DNA of 64,000 nucleotides. Source: a virus. Positions 49,527-58,974 of this stretch are shown piece after piece. The notes below the pieces were generated by a model. It ran no database searches, was not told the DNA's origin, and worked only from the letters and a program-made list of their open reading frames with translations. Each line of letters opens with the position of its first letter. Within the stretch, counting starts at the first letter, position 1. The stretch is taken from positions 32,001 through 96,000 of IMG/VR virus record IMGVR_UViG_3300022689_000474; one strand, written 5' to 3'. A program made the translations under genes and the position numbers.

Positions 49527-52337
49527 ATGTCTGAGTACTTAGATACAAATTCTATAAATTATTTAGACCGTTCTAATAATTTGAATTATAAATATAAAAA
49601 GATATTATATAGATCAGGAGTTAGAATCCAAGTATCTGAATTATTAGAAACTCAAGGACTCTTAATATCTCAAATTGTTGATTCTTTATCTAATATACAT
49701 GGAAATATTAGAATTCTAAATGGTTTAAAAGTTAGAAAGACTAAAATTATAGAGGATAGACAAAACTTTTCTATAGATACGGGTACCGTTTTATTTAATG
49801 TAAATGAAGTAAAACTTATATTATATATACCATTTATTAGATTTTCTTTACCTGTTGTAACTGAAGATAATTTCTCATGGCATTTATCTCTTAGTTTGAA
49901 AAAAGAAGTAATTAGTTCTAAAAATTTATATCTATCAAGACAACTATCTATCTTACCTACTAGTTCAGATATATTAAAATATGAACCATATATAGGTATA
50001 AATGATCTTTTAGCCAACTTTATATTTACTTCTATATATAAAGTTGGTGATGATATAAAAATATATGATAGACATTCTAAAGAATCATCTATATCAATAA
50101 ACCCATCTACTAGATCAATTCCTAAAAGTATAGAAGATATTATATTCAAATCTCATCCTACTGAATCTGATCGATATATTATATCTGGACTTATAGTAAA
50201 GAAAATATCATCTACTAAAGTAAAGATATCTCCAGGTATTTGTTATATAAAATCTAATAGGATTCAACTCGGAGTTGGTTATATAATAAATCTATCAACT
50301 TTAAATATATCTATTAATGAAACTAGATCTATATGTATTTCAACTTTAGGAATTTTAGTAAAGAATGAAAGTTATTTAGATAAAGTTAATTTATTAAGTT
50401 TTGTAAATACTGAAGGCCCCTCAATAGGTACTTCTATAGCTAAAGATTCTTCATTTCCCATTTTAGAACTAGCTAAAGTATCTAGAATAAATTCAAATAC
50501 TTATGATGTAATAACGAGTCCCAATAGATTACCTCAATTTCGACTTAAAGATTTAGAGAATAGGTTAGATCAATTAAAATATCAAATAGCAGATTTACAA
50601 GTATACGCAGATAATATAAGTAGTAATCCAGGTTCATTATCAATAGGAGATACTATATCTGAATCTAACATATATACTCTTACAGATCATTCAGATATAG
50701 AAAATAACTTTTCATTTGATTCAAGAAATAAGACTATAAGTCTACCTGAAATTAATAATATTATCCCAGTATCTAGTTATACAAGTGGTGATATAAAAAT
50801 AACACCATCTATATATTCATTGGGTTCTATAGATAATTTAATTAGTACATATATAGATATAAATAATGGAATCTTTGAATTAATACAAGCTTCATCTGTA
50901 GATATAATATATACTAACCCTTGGTATTTACCAGATGATATAGAAACTTTAAGTGAAGATTTTAATATAGTAATATTTTGTATAGGTTTTAACCCCCTCG
51001 AAACTATTCTTTCTGTTCAATTAGGATCTATAGGGTTAGGTATCTCTAGTGTAGACTTTGGTAGGAGGGATACTAATTCTAATATATTAACTAGTCCTAC
51101 AGGATGTATTAAGTTAAGTTGCATTATACCTTCTGGTACTAATATAAAAGTAAATAGAATACTAACTGTACAAGGTGTAAATAATTCTATAACTAAATTA
51201 ATATCTCCGGAATATAAAGATATTTTAAATAGAAATAATCCATTTGAGATAGATTTAAAATCAAATATTATATCTCAAAGTATTACATCAAATACTAATG
51301 GATTAATAACTTCTATAAAGATATATATTAAATACACTGGTATAGAATTAACATATGAAGGTTTTTCTAGATCTCCAGCTTTAGTAATATTATTTGGATT
51401 AAATTCGGGAATAGAACCAAATTTAAATATATCTAATTATATATCAATGGGATATATAAGTATATATGAATTAATGAATATAAGTAATATTAATGGTTCT
51501 ATAGATATATCATTATTAGAGCCATATTATATAAAGGAACAAGAGGTATATAATATTACAATAATGTCATTAATAGATGGTTTACAGATAAAGTATCTAA
51601 ACTATTATGCAAATAATAATGCATATATGGAAGGTAGTTTAAGTGAAATGATATTCAATAAGACTTGGGAGGAAAGACATATAAAGGATTTAATGTTAGA
51701 TATAAAAGGTGTTAGAAACAATCTAGATAGTAATACAACTTTCACTAATATTATAAATACTAACGAACCTGTTAGTAGTTTAGAAATATATCCTGAGTCA
51801 CAGGAGATATCACAAAATATTGGTATATCTGTACTTACATCTCAAAGTCAACCATATAAAAGTAATTTAATTCTTCCAATTAATACATCATATATAGAAG
51901 TAAATTGGAATATAAACCCTCCTATATACGGTATAGATACATCTAAATACTTATATATAATGAAGAGTAAAAAACATAATGGTAGATGGATCTCTGTACC
52001 AATATTATTAAAAAGCATTCCAAGAAATTATATCTCTACGGTATTAGGAATAAGTAATAATAGTAGTTCAAAGATAAAAGTATATGTATCTCTAGATAAT
52101 AAAGAATCTTGGTTACCATTAGAGATTGGAAATATAGTACCTATAAGAACTAGTAATATAGAAAGTTCATTTTATCGACAAGAATGGACTCTTTCTATAA
52201 ATAACTTATCACTTATAAACCAAGTAAGGAGTATAAACTCCATTATATTGAGATTAGATTTAGATTTGATAGTCAATACATCTTATAATAATGACAATAT
52301 CCCATATATAAAAGATATTTCTATACTTATGGAATAA
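49527..52337 (+). CDS. second, diverged DUF4815-like protein
   Basis: YLDR...YKKILYRSGVRIQVSELLETQ, KISPGICYIKSNRI, LKDLENRLDQL parallel the motifs of the upstream gene. Confidence 0.7.
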   Translation: MSEYLDTNSINYLDRSNNLNYKYKKILYRSGVRIQVSELLETQGLLISQIVDSLSNIHGNIRILNGLKVRKTKIIEDRQNFSIDTGTVLFNVNEVKLILYIPFIRFSLPVVTEDNFSWHLSLSLKKEVISSKNLYLSRQLSILPTSSDILKYEPYIGINDLLANFIFTSIYKVGDDIKIYDRHSKESSISINPSTRSIPKSIEDIIFKSHPTESDRYIISGLIVKKISSTKVKISPGICYIKSNRIQLGVGYIINLSTLNISINETRSICISTLGILVKNESYLDKVNLLSFVNTEGPSIGTSIAKDSSFPILELAKVSRINSNTYDVITSPNRLPQFRLKDLENRLDQLKYQIADLQVYADNISSNPGSLSIGDTISESNIYTLTDHSDIENNFSFDSRNKTISLPEINNIIPVSSYTSGDIKITPSIYSLGSIDNLISTYIDINNGIFELIQASSVDIIYTNPWYLPDDIETLSEDFNIVIFCIGFNPLETILSVQLGSIGLGISSVDFGRRDTNSNILTSPTGCIKLSCIIPSGTNIKVNRILTVQGVNNSITKLISPEYKDILNRNNPFEIDLKSNIISQSITSNTNGLITSIKIYIKYTGIELTYEGFSRSPALVILFGLNSGIEPNLNISNYISMGYISIYELMNISNINGSIDISLLEPYYIKEQEVYNITIMSLIDGLQIKYLNYYANNNAYMEGSLSEMIFNKTWEERHIKDLMLDIKGVRNNLDSNTTFTNIINTNEPVSSLEIYPESQEISQNIGISVLTSQSQPYKSNLILPINTSYIEVNWNINPPIYGIDTSKYLYIMKSKKHNGRWISVPILLKSIPRNYISTVLGISNNSSSKIKVYVSLDNKESWLPLEIGNIVPIRTSNIESSFYRQEWTLSINNLSLINQVRSINSIILRLDLDLIVNTSYNNDNIPYIKDISILME

Positions 52338-52374
52338 ATGATAATTATTTAATAACACTAATTACATTTTAATT

Positions 52375-54747
52375 ATGGTAAGAATATACATAACTAATAG
52401 TTTTCGTTATAAATTTGGAGACTTAAAAGATATATATCTAGAAAAGAATTCTGTTTATATTCTTGATCCTAATAATGTTCAAGATAAAGCTGAATTAGAT
52501 TATATACTTAGTCCTACTTTCCCATATAGACATTATATTACTGTTGAAGGTTATACACATTATCCTGGTTGTGTAGGAACTCCTTCTCCGGGTCCTACTC
52601 CTACCCCTTCTCCTATTCCTGGTCCTAGTCCTACTCCTACTCCTACTCCTGGTCCTAGTCCTACTCCTTCTCCAGGGCCTTATCCAGGACCAGGACCTAG
52701 TCCTTATCCTGGACCCAGTCCCTCTGATCCCTGTAGAATATCAATACCGATAATAGGAACATTACCATCATATCCAAGTTTAGGTTGTACAGTAATAACG
52801 ACAGAAGATAAATTAAAGTCATGGAATGGAACAAGATGGATAGAATTTGGGAATAATACAGGAAGTAGTCCAGGTGATAATTGTGTAATACCAGCATTAT
52901 ATGGAGACGTATATAGTAATGGAATAACAAATGAAGTAAATATATCACCAGAAGTAATAATAAATTCTGATATATCTCCAAATGCAAAGATAGAGTTAAG
53001 TAAATTAGAAAGGAATCCTTTAGATAGAATAAACCATGTTGGAGTACAACCTGCTAGTTCTATAATAGATTTTGACGCTAGAGTTAGAACAAATAGATTA
53101 GATCAATTTAGGCCTCCAAATTCAGATATATCATTAAATAATTATAGATTGATAAATCTTGCTGACCCAACAGCTCCTCAAGACGCAGTCAATCTAAGAT
53201 ATTTAAATAGTTCATTATCAAGTATAAACTTTTGTGATTTAATTGGTCCTACATGTGATATAGACCTGAATGGATATAAATTACTTAATGTTGGAGAACC
53301 AATTCATCCAACTGATGGTGTTAATAAAGAATATGTTGATGATCTAGTTGATAGAATAAATGTATTGATAGGGGCTGATGTAGTTTCTACTAGAAATATT
53401 CCTGGTCCTACAGGAACTGGTATGGTAATAGATGGTATCACTATTACTTCTAATATGACTGTCTTATTAGTTAATCAAGATGATGAAAGGATGAATGGAG
53501 TTTGGATAACTAATGGAGGTTTATGGATAAGACATACTGGGGCTAATGAGACTAGTGATTTAAAAGGAGGTCTAGCAGTATTAATAAATAGAGGTGCAGA
53601 ATACCAATCAACAGCATGGATGTTAATGGGTAATGTGGATATGATAGTTGTAGGTGTTTCTTCGCTTAACTTTGTTCAATGGAATGGACTAGCTGTTATA
53701 AATTCAGGAAATGGTCTTTATGAGAATTTAAATACTATACATATTGGTGTAGTTCCTGGAGAATTATTTGCATATCCCGATAGAATAGGTATAGATCCTG
53801 GTTGGGTTGGTCAAGATTCTATTTCTCATGTTGGTAATATAGTTCATGGTACTTGGCAGGCTACCCCTATAGCTGTTGAATATGGAGGTACTGGATCTAA
53901 TAATCCCGCAGGTGCTAGATTAAATCTTAGAGCTGCAGCTAGTGGAGTTAATGGTGATATTACTGCTATTACTGGTTTACTTACCCCTCTTAGTATATCT
54001 CAAGGAGGTACTGGAGCTTGTGATGCACCTGGGGCTAGAACTAATTTACAAGTAGCTGATTGTATTAATGGTGTATCTACTTGTATTACTCAATTACCTA
54101 ACTTTATAGGCCCTTTATTAATAAATCAAGGAGGTACAGGAGCTACTGATGCAGATACTGCTAGATTTAATCTTAGTGCAGCTAAAAGTGGAGCTAATAG
54201 TGATATTACGAGTCTTAATGGATTAACTACTCCTCTTGCAATAAATCAAGGAGGTACTGGAGCTACAGATGTAGCTACAGCTAGAACTAATTTACAAGCC
54301 GCTCAGAGTGGTGTTAATAGTGATATTACTAGTTTGACAGGATTGACTACTCCTATAGCTATAAATCAAGGAGGTACTGGAGCTACAGATGCAGTTACAG
54401 CTAGAACTAATTTACAAGCTGCTCAAAGTGGAGCTAATAATGATATTACTAGTCTGACAGGATTGACTACTCCTATAGCTATAAATCAAGGAGGTACTGC
54501 AGCTACAGATGCAGTCACAGCATTAACAAATTTAAATGGAGTTTCTGACGGTACTAATTTAGGGACAGGTAGTGGTTTATTTGTACAAAAGAATGGAACT
54601 GTATTAGAATTTAGGACTATAAGAGCACAACCTGGAATAACAGTAACAGTAGTTGGGAATGAACTGGTTATAGCGCCGAATTTAACAGCAGGAGTAGGAG
54701 TGACATTAACTACAGTAGGGGACTCTATAGTAATTAGTTCACCTTAA
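52375..54747 (+). CDS. fibre protein 1 (Pro/Thr linker, 40-aa GGTGA repeats)
   Basis: PT/PS/PG linker; INLADPTAPQDAVNLRY-type repeats; VLLVNQDDERMNGVW domain; repeated PIAINQGGTGATDAxTARTNL units. Confidence 0.85.
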   Translation: MVRIYITNSFRYKFGDLKDIYLEKNSVYILDPNNVQDKAELDYILSPTFPYRHYITVEGYTHYPGCVGTPSPGPTPTPSPIPGPSPTPTPTPGPSPTPSPGPYPGPGPSPYPGPSPSDPCRISIPIIGTLPSYPSLGCTVITTEDKLKSWNGTRWIEFGNNTGSSPGDNCVIPALYGDVYSNGITNEVNISPEVIINSDISPNAKIELSKLERNPLDRINHVGVQPASSIIDFDARVRTNRLDQFRPPNSDISLNNYRLINLADPTAPQDAVNLRYLNSSLSSINFCDLIGPTCDIDLNGYKLLNVGEPIHPTDGVNKEYVDDLVDRINVLIGADVVSTRNIPGPTGTGMVIDGITITSNMTVLLVNQDDERMNGVWITNGGLWIRHTGANETSDLKGGLAVLINRGAEYQSTAWMLMGNVDMIVVGVSSLNFVQWNGLAVINSGNGLYENLNTIHIGVVPGELFAYPDRIGIDPGWVGQDSISHVGNIVHGTWQATPIAVEYGGTGSNNPAGARLNLRAAASGVNGDITAITGLLTPLSISQGGTGACDAPGARTNLQVADCINGVSTCITQLPNFIGPLLINQGGTGATDADTARFNLSAAKSGANSDITSLNGLTTPLAINQGGTGATDVATARTNLQAAQSGVNSDITSLTGLTTPIAINQGGTGATDAVTARTNLQAAQSGANNDITSLTGLTTPIAINQGGTAATDAVTALTNLNGVSDGTNLGTGSGLFVQKNGTVLEFRTIRAQPGITVTVVGNELVIAPNLTAGVGVTLTTVGDSIVISSP
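52580..52730 (+). repeat. Pro/Thr/Ser/Gly low-complexity coding repeat
   Basis: Encodes TPSPGPTPTPSPIPGPSPTPTPTPGPSPTPSPGPYPGPGPSPYPGPSPSDP. Confidence 0.85.
54121..54533 (+). repeat. 120-bp (40-aa) tandem coding repeat, about 3.4 copies plus two degenerate upstream copies
   Basis: ATAAATCAAGGAGGTAC recurs at 54121, 54241, 54361 and 54481; the units at 54241 and 54361 are nearly identical. Confidence 0.92.
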
Positions 54748-54793
54748 TAAATATATATAAATATCAATAAATATATAGATATACATAAATACC

Positions 54794-57700
54794 ATGGTAG
54801 AAATCTTTATATTAACAGGATTCCAACACATATTTGGAAGTAAAAATGTATTTTTAGAATCAGGTACGACGTATTATTTAAGTTTAGATGGGGATAGAGA
54901 AGAATTAGCATGGATGTTAAGTTCTAATTTTCCTTATAGAAATAGAATAAATATTCGTCTAACTCCAGCTGTAGTATCTGCTTTAGGTACAAGCGGGAAT
55001 TCCTCTTTAGTACAATTCTCTACTCCACCATCTAATCCATCTCCCGGAGATATGTATTTTAATACTGTCTCTAGAAGACCTTATGTATGGGATGGTTCTG
55101 AATGGGTTGATCTTACACAAAGTGGAACAACTAGTAGTAGTATAATACCTCCATTAGAGGGAGATATTATAAGTTCTGGGTTTGATAATAATGCTCAGAT
55201 AGCTCCCGGAGTTATTACAAATAATGATATCGCTGCAACTGCGGCTATATCACTTAATAAATTAGAAACTAATCCTCTTAATAGAAATAATCATTTTGGT
55301 ACTCAGCTTTCTTCTACTATCTCTGATTTTGTTGATAGAGTAAGACAAGAAAGAATAAATGAGATGGCCATCCCGGGTGGTAATCTCAATATGAATAATT
55401 ATAGGTTAGTTAATTTAGCTCCTGCAATGATGGATCAGGATGCAGTTAACTATGCTCAAGCTCTAAATATGATAGAAGGGATTACAGATTTAAATAATTT
55501 TGTAGGTCCTTTAAGATTAGATCAAGGGGGTACTGGCATTACCGCTAATAATGCTATAGAAGCATTAAATGCTCTACAAGGTATTGGTGATGCTACTAAT
55601 TTAGGAGGAGCAGCAGATGGAGCAAGAGTATATTCTCATAAGAATATAAATACTGGTGCTGTACCTTCAGTATTAAATTTTAGAAGGGTAAGAGGAGGTT
55701 TAGGAATAGAAGTATTTGAAGCCGGTAATTATATTGAAATTGGTTTAGGTTCGGCAGATGTATTAGATATAAATACATCATTGGGAGGTTATCCAGTAAT
55801 GATTGAAAAAGGAGGTACTGGTGCTATGGAACCTTTAGGTGCTAGATTAAATCTTGGAGTCGTAGGTAATGCTGAAAATACTGTGGCTCCTACTTTAGCA
55901 ATAGCTACAGTATTTCAAGAGAAAGTTGGTGATATATTAAGATTTAGATCTCTACAAGAAGGCTTGGGTATTGATCTAGATCAAAATTTAGCTATTGATA
56001 GAATAAAAATATCTGTTAGAGAAAATGATTTATGTTTACAAAATCTTAATGGTGCTTTAGAGTTAAATTCTACTCAAGTAGCTGGTCAACTTCCTATATC
56101 TAAAGGAGGTACTGATGCTGAAACTCCTTTAGAGGCTAGAAATAATCTAGCAGCAGTTGGAGATGCAATATCTCTAGGAGGTGTTTCTATATTAGGAGCC
56201 CCAACTAAAGATTTTACAGGTCCTGATCCTACAGTACTAAGATTTAAAGGTCTAGTTACAGATCCTGCTCTTCCATTAATAGTTTTAGATGATTCAGATC
56301 CTAATCAAATATCTATTGAATTTGATCCTTCTCAACTTGATATTAGTCTTACTACTGGAGATTTAGATGCTACTACTAGATTAGCTGGGGTTGTACCCAT
56401 TGCTAGTGGTGGTACTAATGGTACTACTGTAGGTGAAGCTAGAGTTAATCTAGGTCTTATTTATAAAGTACAAAAAGTACTTGGATCAACGGGACAATCA
56501 TTAGTTCCTGCTACTAACCCTTTAGTACTTGATGCTGGTTTAGGTTATGCCATGAATCTAAGGGGTCTTAGACCGGGTAATGGTATTACTATAGAACCAT
56601 CTTTAAATGGTCATGATTTATTAATATCTACGAATATACCAGATAATTATGATATTGCTAATATAGGAACTGGTACAGGAACTTTTTATCATAATAGAAT
56701 TGGAAATACTTTTAATTTTAAAACTCTTAAAGTGGGACCCGCAGGTGGTCTAATTATTCAGAATAATCTTCAAGAAGTAGTTGTAACTCCAAATATAGCT
56801 AATGCTGTAAATATAGGAACAGGTACTACTCTACTTGCACCTTTTACTTTACCTGGAGCAGAATTAAGATTTAGAAGTATAAATTCTTTGACTGGTTCAT
56901 TAGAAGATGATGGTATTGATATATCTACAAATGGTAATGAAGTATTATTAGCTACACATATAGCTAATATTTCTTCTGTAGGTACAGGTTTTCATTTACA
57001 TCAAGATCTATTAGTAGGTCCAGGTAATGATGTTAAGTTTAAAACTGTATTGACAGAAGGTTTACTACCTGGCATGTCTATAATAGATACAGGGGATGAA
57101 TTAAGGTTCCAAGCATTTCTGGCTGATGCTTTATCTGTAGGTATAGGTACTTCTATATTAAAAACTATTACTCCAATAACTCAACCTGGTACTGTATTGG
57201 AATTTAAATCTATTACTGAAGGTCCTGGTATATCTATAGTTGAATTACTAGATGAAGTTCAGATAAATAATAGAGTAGTTAGTGTAGGAGGATTTACTTC
57301 TATATTATCTCCTACTGTTATTAATCCTGGTGATGCTATTGAGTTTAGATCTCTTAGAGCTGGTCCTGGTATTCAAATAACTACAGTAAACCCTAATGTT
57401 ATAGATATAGCTTCGACTATACCTGAATATCTTATTGCTAATGTTGGTGGAGGTGTTGGACAAGTATTTAGAGATAGAGTGGGAAATACTTTTAATCTCA
57501 AAACTCTTAGACCTGCTGTTGGTGATAGAATTAGAATAATTAATGAAGCTTCTCTTATAACTTTAGATATAGATGAAGCTAATTTAGATATTAATAATTT
57601 AGGAGGAGTTCCTCTTACTATTGCTGGGGGAGGTACTGGTGCTACTACAATTCCAGGTATTAGAGATAATATAAATGTAGTCTTTGATGTTATGGATGCA

Positions 57701-58432
57701 GGAGCAGCTGGGGCAGCAGCTATTAGTATTATAGATAGTGTTTATAATTCAGTAGGGGAAGGTAAGATAGTTGAATTGAAGAAATTAATGGCGGGTAATG
57801 ATATTCTTATCAGTGAAGTAGGATCTGATTTAGTAATCGAATCTACTGCCGTTATGACACCTATACCAGGTCTTAATATAGGGACTGAACCTGGAGAAGT
57901 ATTTGTAGTAGGATCAGAGACTACTGGTCAATATGAATATAAGACTATTGGTTATGAAGCAGTCAATCCTGGTATAGAGATAGTTAATAATGCAGATTCA
58001 ATTATTTTGCAACCATATATCGCTTCTGTAAATGAAGTGGCAGGTGTTGGTGAATCTTTAATTAATACTCCTGTAGCTCTCCCTATAGCTACTCCAAATA
58101 CTACTGTTGAATTTAAGAAGATAACTGCAGAAGCTAATACACCTATTACAGTACAGACTGTAGGTTCAGTATTAGAAGTAGGTATCTCTCAATTAGGTGC
58201 TTTTGTTGATGGAGTGGCTGGTGTTGAGACCGCTGTTGGTAGTGGTATTTATGAATATAATGTCAATCATAATTTAAATGTTACCGGTACACAGATGATT
58301 GTTCAAGCTAGTACTGCTGCAGGACAAGTGGCTCAGATTATTTCTATTGCTTCTGGAGGGGCTAATACGGCTACTATTAGGACAAATAGTCCCGGACCCT
58401 TAAACTTTAGAATAATTAAAGTCGGTCCTTAA
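54794..58432 (+). CDS. fibre protein 2 (paralogue of fibre 1)
   Basis: Shares the N-terminal domain and the LEGDI.S.G...I.P.VI.N.DI...A.I.L.KLE.NPL.R.NH.G.Q segment with fibre 1; many GGTG and N.G.G...L.FR(S/T)L..G.GI repeats. Confidence 0.85.
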   Translation: MVEIFILTGFQHIFGSKNVFLESGTTYYLSLDGDREELAWMLSSNFPYRNRINIRLTPAVVSALGTSGNSSLVQFSTPPSNPSPGDMYFNTVSRRPYVWDGSEWVDLTQSGTTSSSIIPPLEGDIISSGFDNNAQIAPGVITNNDIAATAAISLNKLETNPLNRNNHFGTQLSSTISDFVDRVRQERINEMAIPGGNLNMNNYRLVNLAPAMMDQDAVNYAQALNMIEGITDLNNFVGPLRLDQGGTGITANNAIEALNALQGIGDATNLGGAADGARVYSHKNINTGAVPSVLNFRRVRGGLGIEVFEAGNYIEIGLGSADVLDINTSLGGYPVMIEKGGTGAMEPLGARLNLGVVGNAENTVAPTLAIATVFQEKVGDILRFRSLQEGLGIDLDQNLAIDRIKISVRENDLCLQNLNGALELNSTQVAGQLPISKGGTDAETPLEARNNLAAVGDAISLGGVSILGAPTKDFTGPDPTVLRFKGLVTDPALPLIVLDDSDPNQISIEFDPSQLDISLTTGDLDATTRLAGVVPIASGGTNGTTVGEARVNLGLIYKVQKVLGSTGQSLVPATNPLVLDAGLGYAMNLRGLRPGNGITIEPSLNGHDLLISTNIPDNYDIANIGTGTGTFYHNRIGNTFNFKTLKVGPAGGLIIQNNLQEVVVTPNIANAVNIGTGTTLLAPFTLPGAELRFRSINSLTGSLEDDGIDISTNGNEVLLATHIANISSVGTGFHLHQDLLVGPGNDVKFKTVLTEGLLPGMSIIDTGDELRFQAFLADALSVGIGTSILKTITPITQPGTVLEFKSITEGPGISIVELLDEVQINNRVVSVGGFTSILSPTVINPGDAIEFRSLRAGPGIQITTVNPNVIDIASTIPEYLIANVGGGVGQVFRDRVGNTFNLKTLRPAVGDRIRIINEASLITLDIDEANLDINNLGGVPLTIAGGGTGATTIPGIRDNINVVFDVMDAGAAGAAAISIIDSVYNSVGEGKIVELKKLMAGNDILISEVGSDLVIESTAVMTPIPGLNIGTEPGEVFVVGSETTGQYEYKTIGYEAVNPGIEIVNNADSIILQPYIASVNEVAGVGESLINTPVALPIATPNTTVEFKKITAEANTPITVQTVGSVLEVGISQLGAFVDGVAGVETAVGSGIYEYNVNHNLNVTGTQMIVQASTAAGQVAQIISIASGGANTATIRTNSPGPLNFRIIKVGP

Positions 58433-58456
58433 TAAGAAGTCTTTTAGGTAAAAGAA

Positions 58457-58492
58457 TTAAAGGCTTCCTAGAAATAGGGGCCTTTAACTTTA
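58457..58492 (+). terminator. intrinsic terminator after the fibre genes
   Basis: TTAAAGGCTTCCTA-GAAA-TAGGGGCCTTTAA stem with a GNRA loop, then CTTT. Confidence 0.7.
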
Positions 58493-58525
58493 TATAATAC
58501 CTCTATTAATAAATTATTATTATTT

Positions 58526-58957
58526 ATGAATGTTATACTATTTGAATTACTTAATAAAATAGATTATTTAAGTAGAAAACCTCTTAAGATAGAAATAGGA
58601 AGTGAATTGGCTAGGGATCAATATGTATCTCTTCATAAAAGATTCCCTGATATGCCAGATGATAAGAAGTTGGGTATAGCTAACTTATTACAGAATTATA
58701 ATCTTAGAGACTTTACAGATTTAGAATTAAAGACATTATCTGAATTAAGATTAGATCTATTATTTCATAATCCTAATCAATCTATTGAAAGACAAATATT
58801 AAGGGGTAAAAGATTATATGATACTGGTTCTCCTAGAGTTTATAGATTATTATATGATAATAATGTTAATGCGGAGAATATAGAATATATGAGAGCTACA
58901 ACTTCTTTTACTCCTATTACTATTATTAAGAATTTAGCAGATATTTATATTTATTAA
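58526..58957 (+). CDS. hypothetical protein
   Basis: 143-aa ORF, no motif. Confidence 0.65.
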   Translation: MNVILFELLNKIDYLSRKPLKIEIGSELARDQYVSLHKRFPDMPDDKKLGIANLLQNYNLRDFTDLELKTLSELRLDLLFHNPNQSIERQILRGKRLYDTGSPRVYRLLYDNNVNAENIEYMRATTSFTPITIIKNLADIYIY

Positions 58958-58974
58958 TAAGAGGTATTTAAATT

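Noticed and set aside
54121-54533. CRISPR-like array or diversity-generating retroelement repeat pair
   Set aside because: Units are contiguous in-frame 120-bp coding repeats without unique spacers; differences are not adenine-specific and no reverse transcriptase or cas gene is in the window.
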